From: Burkholderiales bacterium
GTDB lineage: Bacteria; Pseudomonadota; Gammaproteobacteria; Burkholderiales; SG8-39
Assembly: GCA_036263315.1 (NCBI GenBank)
Contig: DATAHF010000185.1
Coordinates: 14,900-78,899 of the forward strand
Reading direction: 5' to 3'
Length of the DNA: 64,000 nucleotides
Shown: one piece after another, positions 1 to 10,290 of the stretch
How positions within the stretch are numbered: position 1 is the first letter of the stretch
How the letters are laid out: each line of letters opens with the position of its first letter
Position numbers and translations under genes: made by a program
The notes under the pieces: model-generated
Databases searched by the model: none
What the model was told of the DNA's origin: nothing
The model's input: the letters and a program-made list of their open reading frames with translations, nothing else

Positions 1-762
1 AAGGTTCCTCCTCACGGCCTCGACCAGGACGCGCGCGGAGGCCGCTGCTGAATCGGCCTTCTCCGCATCCGGTGACGCCATCTGCGAGGAGCCGAGCAGG
101 CTCATGCCGAGCGCCTCGAACGACGACGACATGGTGTTCGCCGTGTACTGGCCGCCGCACGCGCCGACGCTCGGGCACGCGTTCTTCTCGATGCCGACGA
201 AGTCCTCTTCGCTCATTTTCCCGGCGCTGAAGGACCCCACCGCCTCGAACGCCGATACGATCGTCAGCGCCTGGCCCTTCCACTGACCCGGCTTGATGGT
301 CCCGGCGTAGACGTAGATGCCTGGAACGTTCATCCGCGCCATCGCCATCATCCCGCCGGGCATGTTCTTGTCGCAGCCGCCCACCACCAGCACGCCGTCC
401 ATCGCCTGGCCGTTGACGCTGGTCTCGATCGCATCGGCGATGACCTCGCGGGATACGAGCGAGTATTTCATCGCCTCGGTGCCCATGCCGATGCCGTCGG
501 TGACGGTCGGCACGCCGAAGGTCTGCGGTTTCGCCCCCGCCTGCTCCAGCGCGCTCACCGCCCGGTCCACGAGCGGCTGGATGCCGGCATTGCAGGGATT
601 CATCGTGGAGTGGCCGTTCGCCACGCCGATGATCGGCTTGTCGAAATCGCCGTCGCCGAAGCCCACGGCGCGCAGCATGGCGCGGTTGGGAGATCGCGCG
701 ACGCCCTGCGTAATCAGCCTGGAGCGCCGGTTCGCCGGCGCAGCTGGATTCTTCGTTGCCAT
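1..762 (-). CDS. ilvD: Dihydroxy-acid dehydratase, N-terminal 254 codons (gene runs off the window start)
   Basis: Reverse translation from ATG at 762 reads [30 protein letters not shown]...[23 protein letters not shown]...[16 protein letters not shown], typical IlvD/Edd motifs. It is absent from the ORF track because it is open at the window edge. Confidence 0.9.
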   Translation of the reverse strand, partial: MATKNPAAPANRRSRLITQGVARSPNRAMLRAVGFGDGDFDKPIIGVANGHSTMNPCNAGIQPLVDRAVSALEQAGAKPQTFGVPTVTDGIGMGTEAMKYSLVSREVIADAIETSVNGQAMDGVLVVGGCDKNMPGGMMAMARMNVPGIYVYAGTIKPGQWKGQALTIVSAFEAVGSFSAGKMSEEDFVGIEKNACPSVGACGGQYTANTMSSSFEALGMSLLGSSQMASPDAEKADSAAASARVLVEAVRRNL

Positions 763-846
763 GAGTCCCTCCTTGGCGGGCGATTCTCCACGCCGCGCGG
801 GCCGCTGGCCAATGCCATCGGCATCGTGCTGTAATACTCTGCGAGT

Positions 847-1743
847 ATGAATATGCCGGAACTCTGGCAGCTCAGGTATTTCATCGCCCTCGCCGAGCGG
901 CTGCATTTCGGCCGCGCCGCCGAGGCCCTGCATATCTCGCAGCCGCCGCTGTCGCGCGCGATCCGCGGCCTGGAGGCGCGCCTGGGCGTCGCCCTGTTCG
1001 CACGCACGCGCCGGCGGGTGGAGCTCACCGCGGAGGGCGCGCGCCTGCTCGAGGAAGCGCGACGCGTGCTCGCCCAGCTGGAGCACGGCGTGCAGGCAGT
1101 GCGCAGCATGGCGAGCGGCGAGGAGGGCCGGCTGCGGATCGGCTTCGTGTCGCTTGCCGACTACGGCGTGCTGCCGGGGCTGCTGAAAGCCTACAAGGCA
1201 GCGCGTCCCCGCGTGCGCCTCGCGCTGCGCGAGATGCTGTCGCCGGAGCAGGCTGCTGCGCTTGCCTCCGGAGAGCTCGACTTCGGCCTGCTGCTGCCTC
1301 CCGTGGCCGAGGCCGCGGTGCTCGAGCATCTGGTAGTCCAGCGCGAGCGGTTCGTCGCTGCGCTCCCAGCCCGCCACCGCCTGGCGCGCGGGCGCGGGAA
1401 GCTGCCCGTCAGCGCCCTGGCCGGAGAGCCCCTCGTCATGGTGCCGCGCGAGATCGCGCCCGGTTTGTACGCTATCGTGGCGGGGCTCGCCGCGCGGGGC
1501 GGGATCTCTCTCAACGTTGCGCAAGAGGCCATCCAGATGCAGACGGTCGTTAGCCTGGTGTCGAGTGGTCTGGGCGCCGCCATCGTGCCGGCCTCGGTGG
1601 CGAACCTGGGCCGCCGCGGCGTCGCCTACCGCGAGCTCGCCGATCCGCACCAGCGCCTAGACGTCTGGCTGGCGTGGCGTCGCGGCACGCTGAGCGCCGC
1701 CCAGCGTGAATTCATCGCGCAGGCCAGGCAGGCTCAGCGCTAG
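847..1743 (+). CDS. LysR-family transcriptional regulator, divergent from ilvD
   Basis: The N-terminal w[48 protein letters not shown] is the LysR signature. The protein is 298 aa. Confidence 0.9.
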   Translation: MNMPELWQLRYFIALAERLHFGRAAEALHISQPPLSRAIRGLEARLGVALFARTRRRVELTAEGARLLEEARRVLAQLEHGVQAVRSMASGEEGRLRIGFVSLADYGVLPGLLKAYKAARPRVRLALREMLSPEQAAALASGELDFGLLLPPVAEAAVLEHLVVQRERFVAALPARHRLARGRGKLPVSALAGEPLVMVPREIAPGLYAIVAGLAARGGISLNVAQEAIQMQTVVSLVSSGLGAAIVPASVANLGRRGVAYRELADPHQRLDVWLAWRRGTLSAAQREFIAQARQAQR

Positions 1744-1745
1744 GC

Positions 1746-2516
1746 ATGCTCGTCCATCCCAACATCGACCCGGTCGCGTTCTCGGTCGGGCCGCTTGCCG
1801 TGCGCTGGTACGGCCTCATGTATCTCGCCGGGTTCGCGGGTGCATGGTGGCTTGGAATGCGCAGGATCTCGGCGGGCGCCGCGCCCATCACGCGCCAGCA
1901 GTTCGATGACCTGCTCTTCCTCGGCGTGCTCGGGGTGATTCTGGGCGGGCGACTTGGCTACGTGCTCTTCTACAAGCCCGCGCACTACGCGGCGCATCCG
2001 GCCGAGATCTTCGCCGTCTGGCAGGGCGGGATGTCCTTCCATGGAGGCATGCTCGGCGTGATGGCCGCCATGGCGTTTGCCGCCTGGCGCCACCGCGTGG
2101 ACTACCTCAAGCTCATGGATTTCATTGCGCCGCTCGTCCCGGTCGGGCTGGCCGCCGGCCGCCTCGGCAATTTCATCAACGGCGAGCTGTGGGGCCGTGT
2201 CACCGACCTGCCCTGGGGAATGGTCTTCCGGGGCGCGGGCGAAGCGCCCCGCCACCCCTCGCAGCTCTATGAGCTCGCCTTGGAAGGGGTCCTGCTGTTC
2301 GCGCTGCTGTGGTGGTTTTCGTCCAGTCCGCGGCCGCGCGGCCAGGTTTCCGCGCTGTTCCTGCTGGGCTACGGCGTGGCGCGATTCATCGGGGAATTTG
2401 CGCGCGAACCGGATTCTTTTCTCGGCTTTCTCGCGCTCGGCATGACGATGGGGCAATGGCTTTGCCTGCCGATGATCGCGGGCGGCGTGGCGCTGTTCGC
2501 ATGGAGCCGACGCTAG
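1746..2516 (+). CDS. lgt: Prolipoprotein diacylglyceryl transferase
   Basis: The 256-aa sequence reads [27 protein letters not shown]...[14 protein letters not shown]...HPSQLYE, which are Lgt signature motifs. Confidence 0.93.
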   Translation: MLVHPNIDPVAFSVGPLAVRWYGLMYLAGFAGAWWLGMRRISAGAAPITRQQFDDLLFLGVLGVILGGRLGYVLFYKPAHYAAHPAEIFAVWQGGMSFHGGMLGVMAAMAFAAWRHRVDYLKLMDFIAPLVPVGLAAGRLGNFINGELWGRVTDLPWGMVFRGAGEAPRHPSQLYELALEGVLLFALLWWFSSSPRPRGQVSALFLLGYGVARFIGEFAREPDSFLGFLALGMTMGQWLCLPMIAGGVALFAWSRR

Positions 2517-3448
2517 CGCCGGTGCTGGGCGCGGTGTTGCCGGTCTTCGGGCTGGTGGCCTGCGGCGTGCTCGCCGGGCGCTTTCGCCTCGTGCACCAGT
2601 CCTCCAGCCACGCCCTGAACCAGTTCGTGTATGCGTTCGCGCTCCCGGCGATGCTTTTCATCGCGGTGTACCGCGGGTCGCTGGAAGAAATCCTGAGCGG
2701 CACGTTTCTTTTTGCAGTGATCGCGGCCACGCTCGGCACCGCGCTCGCCGGGTTCGCGTTTTCCCATTTCGTCTGGCGCGCCAGCGCCGCCGAAAGCACG
2801 TTGCGGGCGCTGAACGCCTCTTTCGCCAACACCGGCTACCTGGGCATTCCGCTGGTCACGGTCGCGTACGGCGAGCGCGCTGCGCTTCCCGCCGCGCTGG
2901 CCACTGTTGCGACGAACATCGTGTCGTTCGCGCTGGCGATCGTCTGCCTCGAGCTCTTCGTGGATCCACGGCCGGGCGCAGTGCGGCGCGCCTTGACCGG
3001 GGTGGCGCGCAGCCCGCTGATCTGGCCGATCGCTCTGGCAGTGTTGTGCGTGGCGCTCGGCCTCAAGGTCCCCCTGCCGGTCGAACGCCTGGCCACCTTG
3101 CTCGCGGCGGCCGCCGGCCCGTGCGCCCTCTTTGCCATCGGGCTTTTCGTCTCGCAGCTTTCCGTGCGCGCCGGAATCGCGGCGAGCTGGCCGACCGCGG
3201 CGCTGAAGCTCGTCCTGCATCCGGCCCTGATGGCAGTGCTCGCGCTGTACCTGCTTTCCATCGATCCGTTCTGGGCGAAGGTGGGAATCGTCTGCGCCAG
3301 CCTGCCGCTCGGCGCAACGGCCTTCGTGCTTGCGCAGCGCTATAAGCTCCTCGAAGCGGAAACCTCCACTGGGGCCGTGCTCTCCACGGGCGCCTCGGTT
3401 CTCACCGTGTCGCTCGTGATGGCGCTACTCGGCCAGAGCCGCTTCTAG
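2501..3448 (+). CDS. AEC (auxin efflux carrier) family permease
   Basis: The polytopic membrane protein starts [29 protein letters not shown] chose the internal ATG at 2501, which overlaps the lgt 3' end by 16 nt. The upstream part of ORF 2309..3448 is Arg-rich out-of-context sequence. Confidence 0.75.
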   Translation: MEPTLAPVLGAVLPVFGLVACGVLAGRFRLVHQSSSHALNQFVYAFALPAMLFIAVYRGSLEEILSGTFLFAVIAATLGTALAGFAFSHFVWRASAAESTLRALNASFANTGYLGIPLVTVAYGERAALPAALATVATNIVSFALAIVCLELFVDPRPGAVRRALTGVARSPLIWPIALAVLCVALGLKVPLPVERLATLLAAAAGPCALFAIGLFVSQLSVRAGIAASWPTAALKLVLHPALMAVLALYLLSIDPFWAKVGIVCASLPLGATAFVLAQRYKLLEAETSTGAVLSTGASVLTVSLVMALLGQSRF

Positions 3449-6259
3449 CACCCTCGCGACGTGCAGCGCGGTGCGTCCGGCGCCATCGGCGATCTGATGC
3501 CTGCAGCTTGTGCCATCGGCCACCAGCACCGCCTCCCGAGGGGCCCGCTCGATGGCAGGCAAGAGGCTCATCTGCGCCATCTTCATGGAAGTCTCGTAGT
3601 GTTCCGCCTCGTAGCCGAAGCTGCCGGCCATCCCGCAGCAGCTCGTTTGGATGTGCTCCACCTTGGCCCCAGGAATCAGTTTCAGCACGGCATCCACCGC
3701 GGGCATCGCGTCGAACGCCTTCTGGTGGCAATGCCCGTGGACCAACAGCGGTCGATCGAGTGCGCCGAGCTTGAGGCGGCCGGGCTTTTCGGCCAGGAAC
3801 TGCTCGAACATCACGGCCTGCGCGGCCAGCTTTTCCGCGCCGCGCAGCAGGGCGGGAAGCTCGTCGCGCAGCGAGAAGAGGCACGAGGGCTCCAGGCCGA
3901 TCACCGGAATGCCGCGTTCTGCATAGGGCGCAAGGTACTGGAGCAAGCGCTGCGCTTCCCGCCGCGCCCGATCCGCCATGCCCACGGACAGGAAGGTGCG
4001 CCCGCAGCACAAGGCGGGCGGCACGTGCACCTGGTAGCCGGCGGCGCGCAGGACCTTCAGCGCGGCGCGCGCGTTCTCGGGCTCGAAATACCGATTGAAG
4101 GTATCCACGAGGAGCACGACGTCACCGCCCGGGTCTCCGGTTTCCCGGAAGAAATCGCTGCGCCATGGCGGCAGGGGGCGCTGCGCGGCGAAACCGAGCG
4201 CCCGCTTGGTGAGTCCTGAGACCAGATTGGCAACGGGAGCGAGCCGCGCCGCCATCGGCGCATAGCGCGGCAGCCAGCCGATGGCATGGTCACGCGCGCC
4301 GAAGCCGTGCCGCGCCTTGTACTGGGCGGTGAACTCCGCCTTCATGCGCGCCATGTCCACCCCGGTGGGGCATTCGCGCTTGCATCCCTTGCACGACACG
4401 CAGAGCTCCAGCGCGGCGCGCACTTCCTCGTCCGCCGCCGCGCCCAGCTGCCCGGACAGCGCGAGCCGCAGCGTATTCGCCCGCCCGCGCGTGAGATGCT
4501 GCTCATCGCGCGTTGCCCGGTAGGAGGGGCACATCGTGCCCGCGTCGAACTTGCGGCAATGGCCGTTGTTGTTGCACATCTCCACGGCCTTGTCGTAGCC
4601 GCCCCATTCGCTCCAGTCGAAAACCGGCGCGGGGCTCGTGGTCGCGTAACCCGGCTTGTAGCGAAAGAGCGAAGCGTCGTCCATCTTCGACGGATCGACG
4701 ATCTTGCCCGGGTTCATGAGCCCGCGCGGATCCAGCCACGACTTGATCTCGGCGAGAGCGCGCGTCAGGCGCGGCCCGAAGAAGGGCGCGATCCACTCCG
4801 AGCGCACCAGGCCGTCGCCGTGCTCGCCGGAATAGGCCCCCTTGTACTGCTTCACCAGCGCGCAGGCCTCCTCGGCGATGGCGCGCATCTTCTGCGCGCC
4901 GTCGCGCCGCATATCGAGGATCGGCCGGACATGGAGCGTGCCGACGGATGCGTGCGCGTACCACGTGCCGCGCGTGCCGTGCTTCTCGAACACGCGCGTG
5001 AGGCGGTCGGTGTACTCGGCGAGGTGCTCGAGCGGCACCGCGCAGTCCTCGATGAAGGAGATCGGCTTGCCGTCGCCCTTCATCGACATCATGATGTTCA
5101 ATCCAGCCTTGCGCACTTCCCACACTTCGCGCTGCAGGCGCGCATCGCCGATTTGCACGACGCTCCCGGGAAGGCCCAGCGAGCCCATGAGCTCGGCGAG
5201 ATCCGTGAGCTTGCGCTGCTGCAGCGCCGCGTCCTCGCCCGAGAACTCCACCAGCAGGATCGCATCCGGGTCGCCCTGGATGAACGCATCCACCGTCTTG
5301 CGGAACGCCGGGATGTCCCGGGCGAGGCCGATCATCGTGCGATCCACGAGCTCCACGGCGGACGGTGCCAGTCCGACGATATGCCGTGCGCTATCCATGG
5401 CGGTGTAGAACTTCGGGAAATGGCACACGCCGAGCGCACGTGCCGCAGGCAGCGGCGAAAGCTTGAGATGCAGGCGCTCGGTATAGGCGAGCGTGCCTTC
5501 CGAGCCGACCAGGAGGTGCGCGGCGTTCGCGTGCGGCGGACCGAGATGGTCCAGGTTGTAGCCCGCCACTTTCCTCAATAGCTTAGGAAAGCGCGCCTCG
5601 ATTTCGTCTTTCTCGCGGGCGTGCAGCGCACGCAGCCGCTCGATCAGAGCCATGTAGCCTGCAGGCCCGGAGGCTTCCGCCATGGGCCCGAAGCGCCACT
5701 GCTCGCCGCCGATGGTGACTGCGTCGATGGCGAGCACGTTGTGCACCATGTTGCCGTATGCGATGGAACGGGAGCCGCACGAGTTGTTGCCGGCCATGCC
5801 GCCGAGCGTCGCCTGCGCGCTCGTGGAAACGTCGACGGGAAACCAGAGGCCGTGGGGGCGCAGACGGGCATTCAGCGTATCCAGCACGACGCCAGGCTGC
5901 ACGAGCGCGCGCATCGCGCCCGGGTCGACCTCGATGACGCGGTCGAGATACTTGCTGTGGTCGATGACGAGCGCCTCGCCCACCGTCTGGCCGCACTGCG
6001 AGCTGCCGGCGCCGCGCGGGAGCAAGGGCACGCCTTCGGCGGCGGCTACTGCAATCGCCGCGCGCGCGGCTTCTTCGGTGCGCGGAATTACGACGCCGAT
6101 CGGCTCGACCTGGTAGATCGAGGCGTCGGTCGAGTAGCGCCCGCGGCTTGCGGCATCGAACAGGATTTCCCCGTCCACGGCGGACGCAAGGCGGCGGGCG
6201 AGCGCGCTATCTCCTGCGCGGCGCTTCGCCATCCGCACGGGAAAGGAGGGAGCATTCAT
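3425..6259 (-). CDS. FAD-binding plus Fe-S-binding oxidoreductase (GlcD-GlcF fusion, YdiJ-like D-2-hydroxyacid dehydrogenase family)
   Basis: The 944-aa protein has an FAD-PCMH domain (LLPRGAGSSQCGQ, GGMAGNNSCGSRS), two CxxCxxC-type clusters (CVSCKGCKRECP) and a C-terminal CCG domain (CCGMAGSFG). An alternative start lies at M10 (6232). Confidence 0.85.
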   Translation of the reverse strand: MNAPSFPVRMAKRRAGDSALARRLASAVDGEILFDAASRGRYSTDASIYQVEPIGVVIPRTEEAARAAIAVAAAEGVPLLPRGAGSSQCGQTVGEALVIDHSKYLDRVIEVDPGAMRALVQPGVVLDTLNARLRPHGLWFPVDVSTSAQATLGGMAGNNSCGSRSIAYGNMVHNVLAIDAVTIGGEQWRFGPMAEASGPAGYMALIERLRALHAREKDEIEARFPKLLRKVAGYNLDHLGPPHANAAHLLVGSEGTLAYTERLHLKLSPLPAARALGVCHFPKFYTAMDSARHIVGLAPSAVELVDRTMIGLARDIPAFRKTVDAFIQGDPDAILLVEFSGEDAALQQRKLTDLAELMGSLGLPGSVVQIGDARLQREVWEVRKAGLNIMMSMKGDGKPISFIEDCAVPLEHLAEYTDRLTRVFEKHGTRGTWYAHASVGTLHVRPILDMRRDGAQKMRAIAEEACALVKQYKGAYSGEHGDGLVRSEWIAPFFGPRLTRALAEIKSWLDPRGLMNPGKIVDPSKMDDASLFRYKPGYATTSPAPVFDWSEWGGYDKAVEMCNNNGHCRKFDAGTMCPSYRATRDEQHLTRGRANTLRLALSGQLGAAADEEVRAALELCVSCKGCKRECPTGVDMARMKAEFTAQYKARHGFGARDHAIGWLPRYAPMAARLAPVANLVSGLTKRALGFAAQRPLPPWRSDFFRETGDPGGDVVLLVDTFNRYFEPENARAALKVLRAAGYQVHVPPALCCGRTFLSVGMADRARREAQRLLQYLAPYAERGIPVIGLEPSCLFSLRDELPALLRGAEKLAAQAVMFEQFLAEKPGRLKLGALDRPLLVHGHCHQKAFDAMPAVDAVLKLIPGAKVEHIQTSCCGMAGSFGYEAEHYETSMKMAQMSLLPAIERAPREAVLVADGTSCRHQIADGAGRTALHVARVLEAALAE

Positions 6260-6282
6260 AGGGGCGAAGGTTAGAATACCGC

Positions 6283-7482
6283 ATGCCTCGACACGCTGGC
6301 CGCCACTTCCTCCAGATCCCCGGTCCGACGAATGTCCCCGACCGCGTACTGCGCGCGATCGACTTTCCGACGATGGATCACCGGGGCCCCGAATTCGGCG
6401 CGCTCGGCAAGGAAGTGCTCGCCGGCATGAAGCGCGTGTTCAAGGCGCCCGGCGCGGATGTCGTGATCTATCCCGCTTCGGGGACCGGCGCCTGGGAAGC
6501 GGCGCTCGTGAATACGCTTTCGGCGGGCGACCTCGTGCTCATGGCGGAAACGGGTCATTTCGCGACCCTGTGGCAAAAGCTCGCCGCGCGGCTCGGCGTG
6601 GAAGTGGAATTCCTGCCCGGCGACTGGCGCCACGGCGCCGATCCCGAAGCGATCGAGAAGCGGTTGCGTGCCGACGGCCAGAAGCGCATCCGCGCGGTGT
6701 GCGTCGTGCATAACGAGACTTCCACCGGCGTGGTGTCGCGCATCGCCGAGGTGCGCCGCGCCATCGACGCCGCCGGCCATCCTGCGCTTTTCATGGTGGA
6801 TACGATTTCGTCCCTCGCCTCCCTCGACTATCGGCACGAGGAATGGGGCGTGGATGTCACGGTCGCAGGCTCGCAGAAGGGGCTGATGCTGCCCCCAGGA
6901 CTGTCTTTCAACTGCATTTCCTCAAAGGCGCTCACGGCTTCAAAGTCGGCCCGCCTGCCGCGCAGCTACTGGGCCTGGGACGAAATGCTGGCAAACGGCA
7001 AGAACGGCTACTTCCCCTACACGCCCGCGACAAACCTGCTCTACGGGCTGCGCGAAGCGCTCAAGATGCTCGTCGACGAGGAGGGACTGGATGCGGTGTT
7101 CGCGCGGCACCAGCGCCACGGCGAGGCAACGCGCCGCGCGGTGCGCGCGTGGGGGCTGGAAGTGCTCGCCGCCGATCCGCGGGAATATTCGGGCTCGCTC
7201 ACCGCGGTGATGATGCCGGCCGGCCACGACGCGGACCGGGTGCGCAAGGTGATACTCGAGGCGTTCGACATGTCCCTCGGCACGGGGCTCGGACGCCTCG
7301 CCGGCAAGGTTTTCCGCATCGGTCACCTGGGCGATTTCAACGACCTCACCCTCATGGGCACGCTCGCGGGCGTGGAAATGGGCCTTGAGCTCGCCGGCGT
7401 TCCAGTGAGAAAAGAAGGCGTGCAAGCCGCCATGGCTTATCTTGCAGAGACGCACGCGCATCCGAAACGCGCGGCGGCCTAA
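6283..7482 (+). CDS. Class-V aminotransferase (serine-glyoxylate / alanine-glyoxylate aminotransferase-like)
   Basis: The 399-aa sequence reads GRHFLQIPGPTNVPDRVLRAI...VVHNETSTGV...GSQKGLMLPPGLSF, typical of the SGAT/AGXT family with the PLP lysine in SQK. Confidence 0.85.
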   Translation: MPRHAGRHFLQIPGPTNVPDRVLRAIDFPTMDHRGPEFGALGKEVLAGMKRVFKAPGADVVIYPASGTGAWEAALVNTLSAGDLVLMAETGHFATLWQKLAARLGVEVEFLPGDWRHGADPEAIEKRLRADGQKRIRAVCVVHNETSTGVVSRIAEVRRAIDAAGHPALFMVDTISSLASLDYRHEEWGVDVTVAGSQKGLMLPPGLSFNCISSKALTASKSARLPRSYWAWDEMLANGKNGYFPYTPATNLLYGLREALKMLVDEEGLDAVFARHQRHGEATRRAVRAWGLEVLAADPREYSGSLTAVMMPAGHDADRVRKVILEAFDMSLGTGLGRLAGKVFRIGHLGDFNDLTLMGTLAGVEMGLELAGVPVRKEGVQAAMAYLAETHAHPKRAAA

Positions 7483-7501
7483 AAACTACGGAGGAGGAAT
7501 T

Positions 7502-8479
7502 ATGAAAGCGCATCTTTTTGCCGTTGGCGTCCTTGGCTTGATGTCGACCGCGTCCGCATGGGCGCAGACCGAGATGAAGCTCGGCCACGTGGGCGAGCCC
7601 GGCTCGCTCATCGGCGCCGCCGCCGACGAGTTCGCCAAGCGGGCCAATGACAAGCTGGCGGGCAAGTACAAGATCGTGACCTACGGCTCGAGCCAGCTCG
7701 GCGGCGACAAGGAGCTGCTGCAGAAGCTGAAGCTCGGGACATTGGAGTTCGCCGAGCCCTCGACCGTGATGTCCTCGGAGGCGGACATCTTCGGCGTGTT
7801 CGAGATGCCCTATCTCGTGAAGGACCGCGAGCACATGAAGCGGATCGAGAAGGAGCTCTTCTGGTCGAAGATGGAGCCGGCGGTGGAGAAGAAGGGGCTC
7901 AAGATCCTGGCGGTGTGGGAGAACGGCTTTCGCCATATCACCAACAACAAGCACCCGATCGTGACGCCCGCGGACCTGCAGGGCATCAAGCTGCGCGTCC
8001 CGGAGGGAAAGTGGCGCGTGAAGATGTTCCAGGCCTACGGCGCCAATCCCTCCCCGATGAAGTACTCCGAAGTGTTCACGGCGCTCCAGACCGGCGTGAT
8101 GGACGGACAGGAGAATCCCTTCGCGCAGATCTTCAGCGCCAAGTTCTATGAAGTGCAGAAGTATCTTTCGCTGACCGGCCATGTGTACTCCCCCGCCTAC
8201 CTTGCCGTAGGCCTGAAGAAGTGGAACAGCCTGCCCGCCGACGTGCGCAAGACGCTGGAATCCACTGCCAAGGACGTGCAGGCCTGGGTCTACGAGAAGG
8301 CCGCCAAGGACGACGACATCCTGCTGGAGAAGATGAAGGCGAGCGGCAGCATCCAGATCAACAATGCGAACAAGGACGCGTTCATCGCCGCGTCGAAGCC
8401 GGTCTACGACGAGTTCGCCAAGGAAGTCCCCGGCGCCAAGGAAATCATCGATCGCGCCATCGCGCTCGGCAAGAAATAG
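7502..8479 (+). CDS. TRAP transporter substrate-binding protein (DctP family), system 1
   Basis: Signal peptide MKAHLFAVGVLGLMSTASAWAQ is followed by a DctP-like body. GGAGGAGG lies upstream of the ATG at 7502. Confidence 0.88.
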   Translation: MKAHLFAVGVLGLMSTASAWAQTEMKLGHVGEPGSLIGAAADEFAKRANDKLAGKYKIVTYGSSQLGGDKELLQKLKLGTLEFAEPSTVMSSEADIFGVFEMPYLVKDREHMKRIEKELFWSKMEPAVEKKGLKILAVWENGFRHITNNKHPIVTPADLQGIKLRVPEGKWRVKMFQAYGANPSPMKYSEVFTALQTGVMDGQENPFAQIFSAKFYEVQKYLSLTGHVYSPAYLAVGLKKWNSLPADVRKTLESTAKDVQAWVYEKAAKDDDILLEKMKASGSIQINNANKDAFIAASKPVYDEFAKEVPGAKEIIDRAIALGKK

Positions 8480-8484
8480 CGCCC

Positions 8485-8991
8485 ATGCTCGGCGAGCTGC
8501 GTAAGCGCTACGAGCGCTTGCTGGAGTGGATCGTCATCGCCCTCATGGCGGTGCTCTTTGTCGAGGTCACTCTCGGCATCGTGTACCGGACGATCGGGGC
8601 ATCGCTACCCTGGTATGACGAGGTCGCATCGATCCTGCTCGCCTGGCTGACGTTCTATGGATCGGCGCTCGCCGCCGTAAAGCGTGCGCACATCGGCTGT
8701 CCGGAGGTCATCGCGCTGCTCGGGCCCGGCGTCCGGGTCGCCGCGCGCGCCGTCGCTTCGACGCTGGTGATCGCGTTCTTCGCGCTCCTCGGCTGGGTGG
8801 GCTACGTCATTCTCGAGGTGCTCGCCACCGACCATCTCGTCAGCCTTCCTGAAGTCGAGGTCGCCTGGGTGCAGTCGGTGATCCCGATCAGCGCGGCGCT
8901 CATCATCCTCGGCGAGCTGCTGTCCCTTCCGTTGGCGTTCCAGCAGGCGCGCGCCGGCCATGCGGGGCAAACGGGCGAGGCTACCCAGTAA
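8485..8991 (+). CDS. TRAP transporter small permease (DctQ family), system 1
   Basis: The 168-aa protein has 4 TM segments and starts MLGELRKRYERLLEWIVIALMAVLF. It sits between the DctP and DctM genes, and its stop overlaps the DctM ATG. Confidence 0.85.
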   Translation: MLGELRKRYERLLEWIVIALMAVLFVEVTLGIVYRTIGASLPWYDEVASILLAWLTFYGSALAAVKRAHIGCPEVIALLGPGVRVAARAVASTLVIAFFALLGWVGYVILEVLATDHLVSLPEVEVAWVQSVIPISAALIILGELLSLPLAFQQARAGHAGQTGEATQ

Positions 8992-10274
8992 TGGCGATCC
9001 TGATCATCTTTGCCTGCGTGCTGGCCCTGGTCATCATCGACGTGCCGATCGCGGTGGCGCTCGGCATCGTTGCCGTTGCGGCCATGGTCATCACCCAAGG
9101 CACCGGTTCGCTCCCGAATCTTCCGGTGGTGCTCTATAACGGCGCGACGAACTTTCCGCTCATCGCGATACCGCTCTTCATCCTTGCCGGCGCCATCATG
9201 AACGCGTCGGGAATCTCGCAGCGCCTCATCGCCTTTGCGAGCGCGCTCCTCGGCTTCATCCGCGGCGGGCTCGCCATGGTGTCCATCGGGACGTCACTAT
9301 TCTTCGCGGAAATCTCGGGCTCGGCGGTTGCCGACGTGTCGGCGCTTGGCTCCATCCTGATCCCCGCGATGAAGAGCAAGGGCTACCCCAGCCCGCTCGC
9401 CGCCGCCATCATGTCCTCGGCCGCTACCCTGGCGGTGATCATCCCGCCCTCCATTCCGATGATCCTGTACGCGGTCATGGCGGAGACCTCCGTCGTGAAG
9501 CTGTTCGTCGCCGGCGTCGTGCCCGGCCTCCTCGGCGGCCTCGGCCTCATGGGGATGGCGTACTGGTTCGCCCGGCGCTACAAGCTGCCGGTCGAGGAAA
9601 AGTTCCAGTGGGCCCGGGTGCGCCAGACGTTCCGAGATGCGTTCTGGGCCTTTACGCTGCCGATGATCATCCTGGGCGCCATCTTCGGCGGCGTGGTCAC
9701 GGCCACGGAAGGGGCGGCCATGGCCGTGCTCGCTGCGCTCTTCATCGGCCTGGTGATCTACAGGGAACTCGACCTCAAGCACCTGAAGACCGCGATGATC
9801 GACGGCGGAGTCCAGACCGCCGTGGTCATGCTCCTGGTCGCCACCTCAGCGGTGCTCGGCACCTACCTGAGCGAAGTGCAGGCGCCGCAAAAGCTCGCTC
9901 AGGCCGTATCCGAGCTGACCCACAACAAGTGGCTCGTGCTTGCGCTGCTCAACGTGCTTTTCCTGGTACTCGGCATGTTTCTGCACTCGGCCGCGGCGAT
10001 CATCCTGGTCGTCCCGGTCGTCATGCCGCTCGTGAGATCGGTCGGAATCGACCCGGTGCACTTCGGCTTGATCGTCACCGTAAATCTCGGCATCGGTCAG
10101 CAGACCCCGCCGGTAGCGAGCGTGCTGATGGTGGCCTGCTCGATCTCGAAGTCGAGCGTGTGGGAGGTCACGCGGGTAAACATCTGGTTCATCGGCGTGC
10201 TGCTGGCGGTGTTGCTGCTTGTGACCTACGTCCCGGTCACGGGCATGGGCCTCGTGCACTTGTTCTACGGCTAG
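8991..10274 (+). CDS. TRAP transporter large permease (DctM family), system 1
   Basis: This is a 427-aa polytopic membrane protein with typical DctM composition and length. Confidence 0.9.
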   Translation: MAILIIFACVLALVIIDVPIAVALGIVAVAAMVITQGTGSLPNLPVVLYNGATNFPLIAIPLFILAGAIMNASGISQRLIAFASALLGFIRGGLAMVSIGTSLFFAEISGSAVADVSALGSILIPAMKSKGYPSPLAAAIMSSAATLAVIIPPSIPMILYAVMAETSVVKLFVAGVVPGLLGGLGLMGMAYWFARRYKLPVEEKFQWARVRQTFRDAFWAFTLPMIILGAIFGGVVTATEGAAMAVLAALFIGLVIYRELDLKHLKTAMIDGGVQTAVVMLLVATSAVLGTYLSEVQAPQKLAQAVSELTHNKWLVLALLNVLFLVLGMFLHSAAAIILVVPVVMPLVRSVGIDPVHFGLIVTVNLGIGQQTPPVASVLMVACSISKSSVWEVTRVNIWFIGVLLAVLLLVTYVPVTGMGLVHLFYG

Positions 10275-10290
10275 AGCACTCGCGGCCAGC

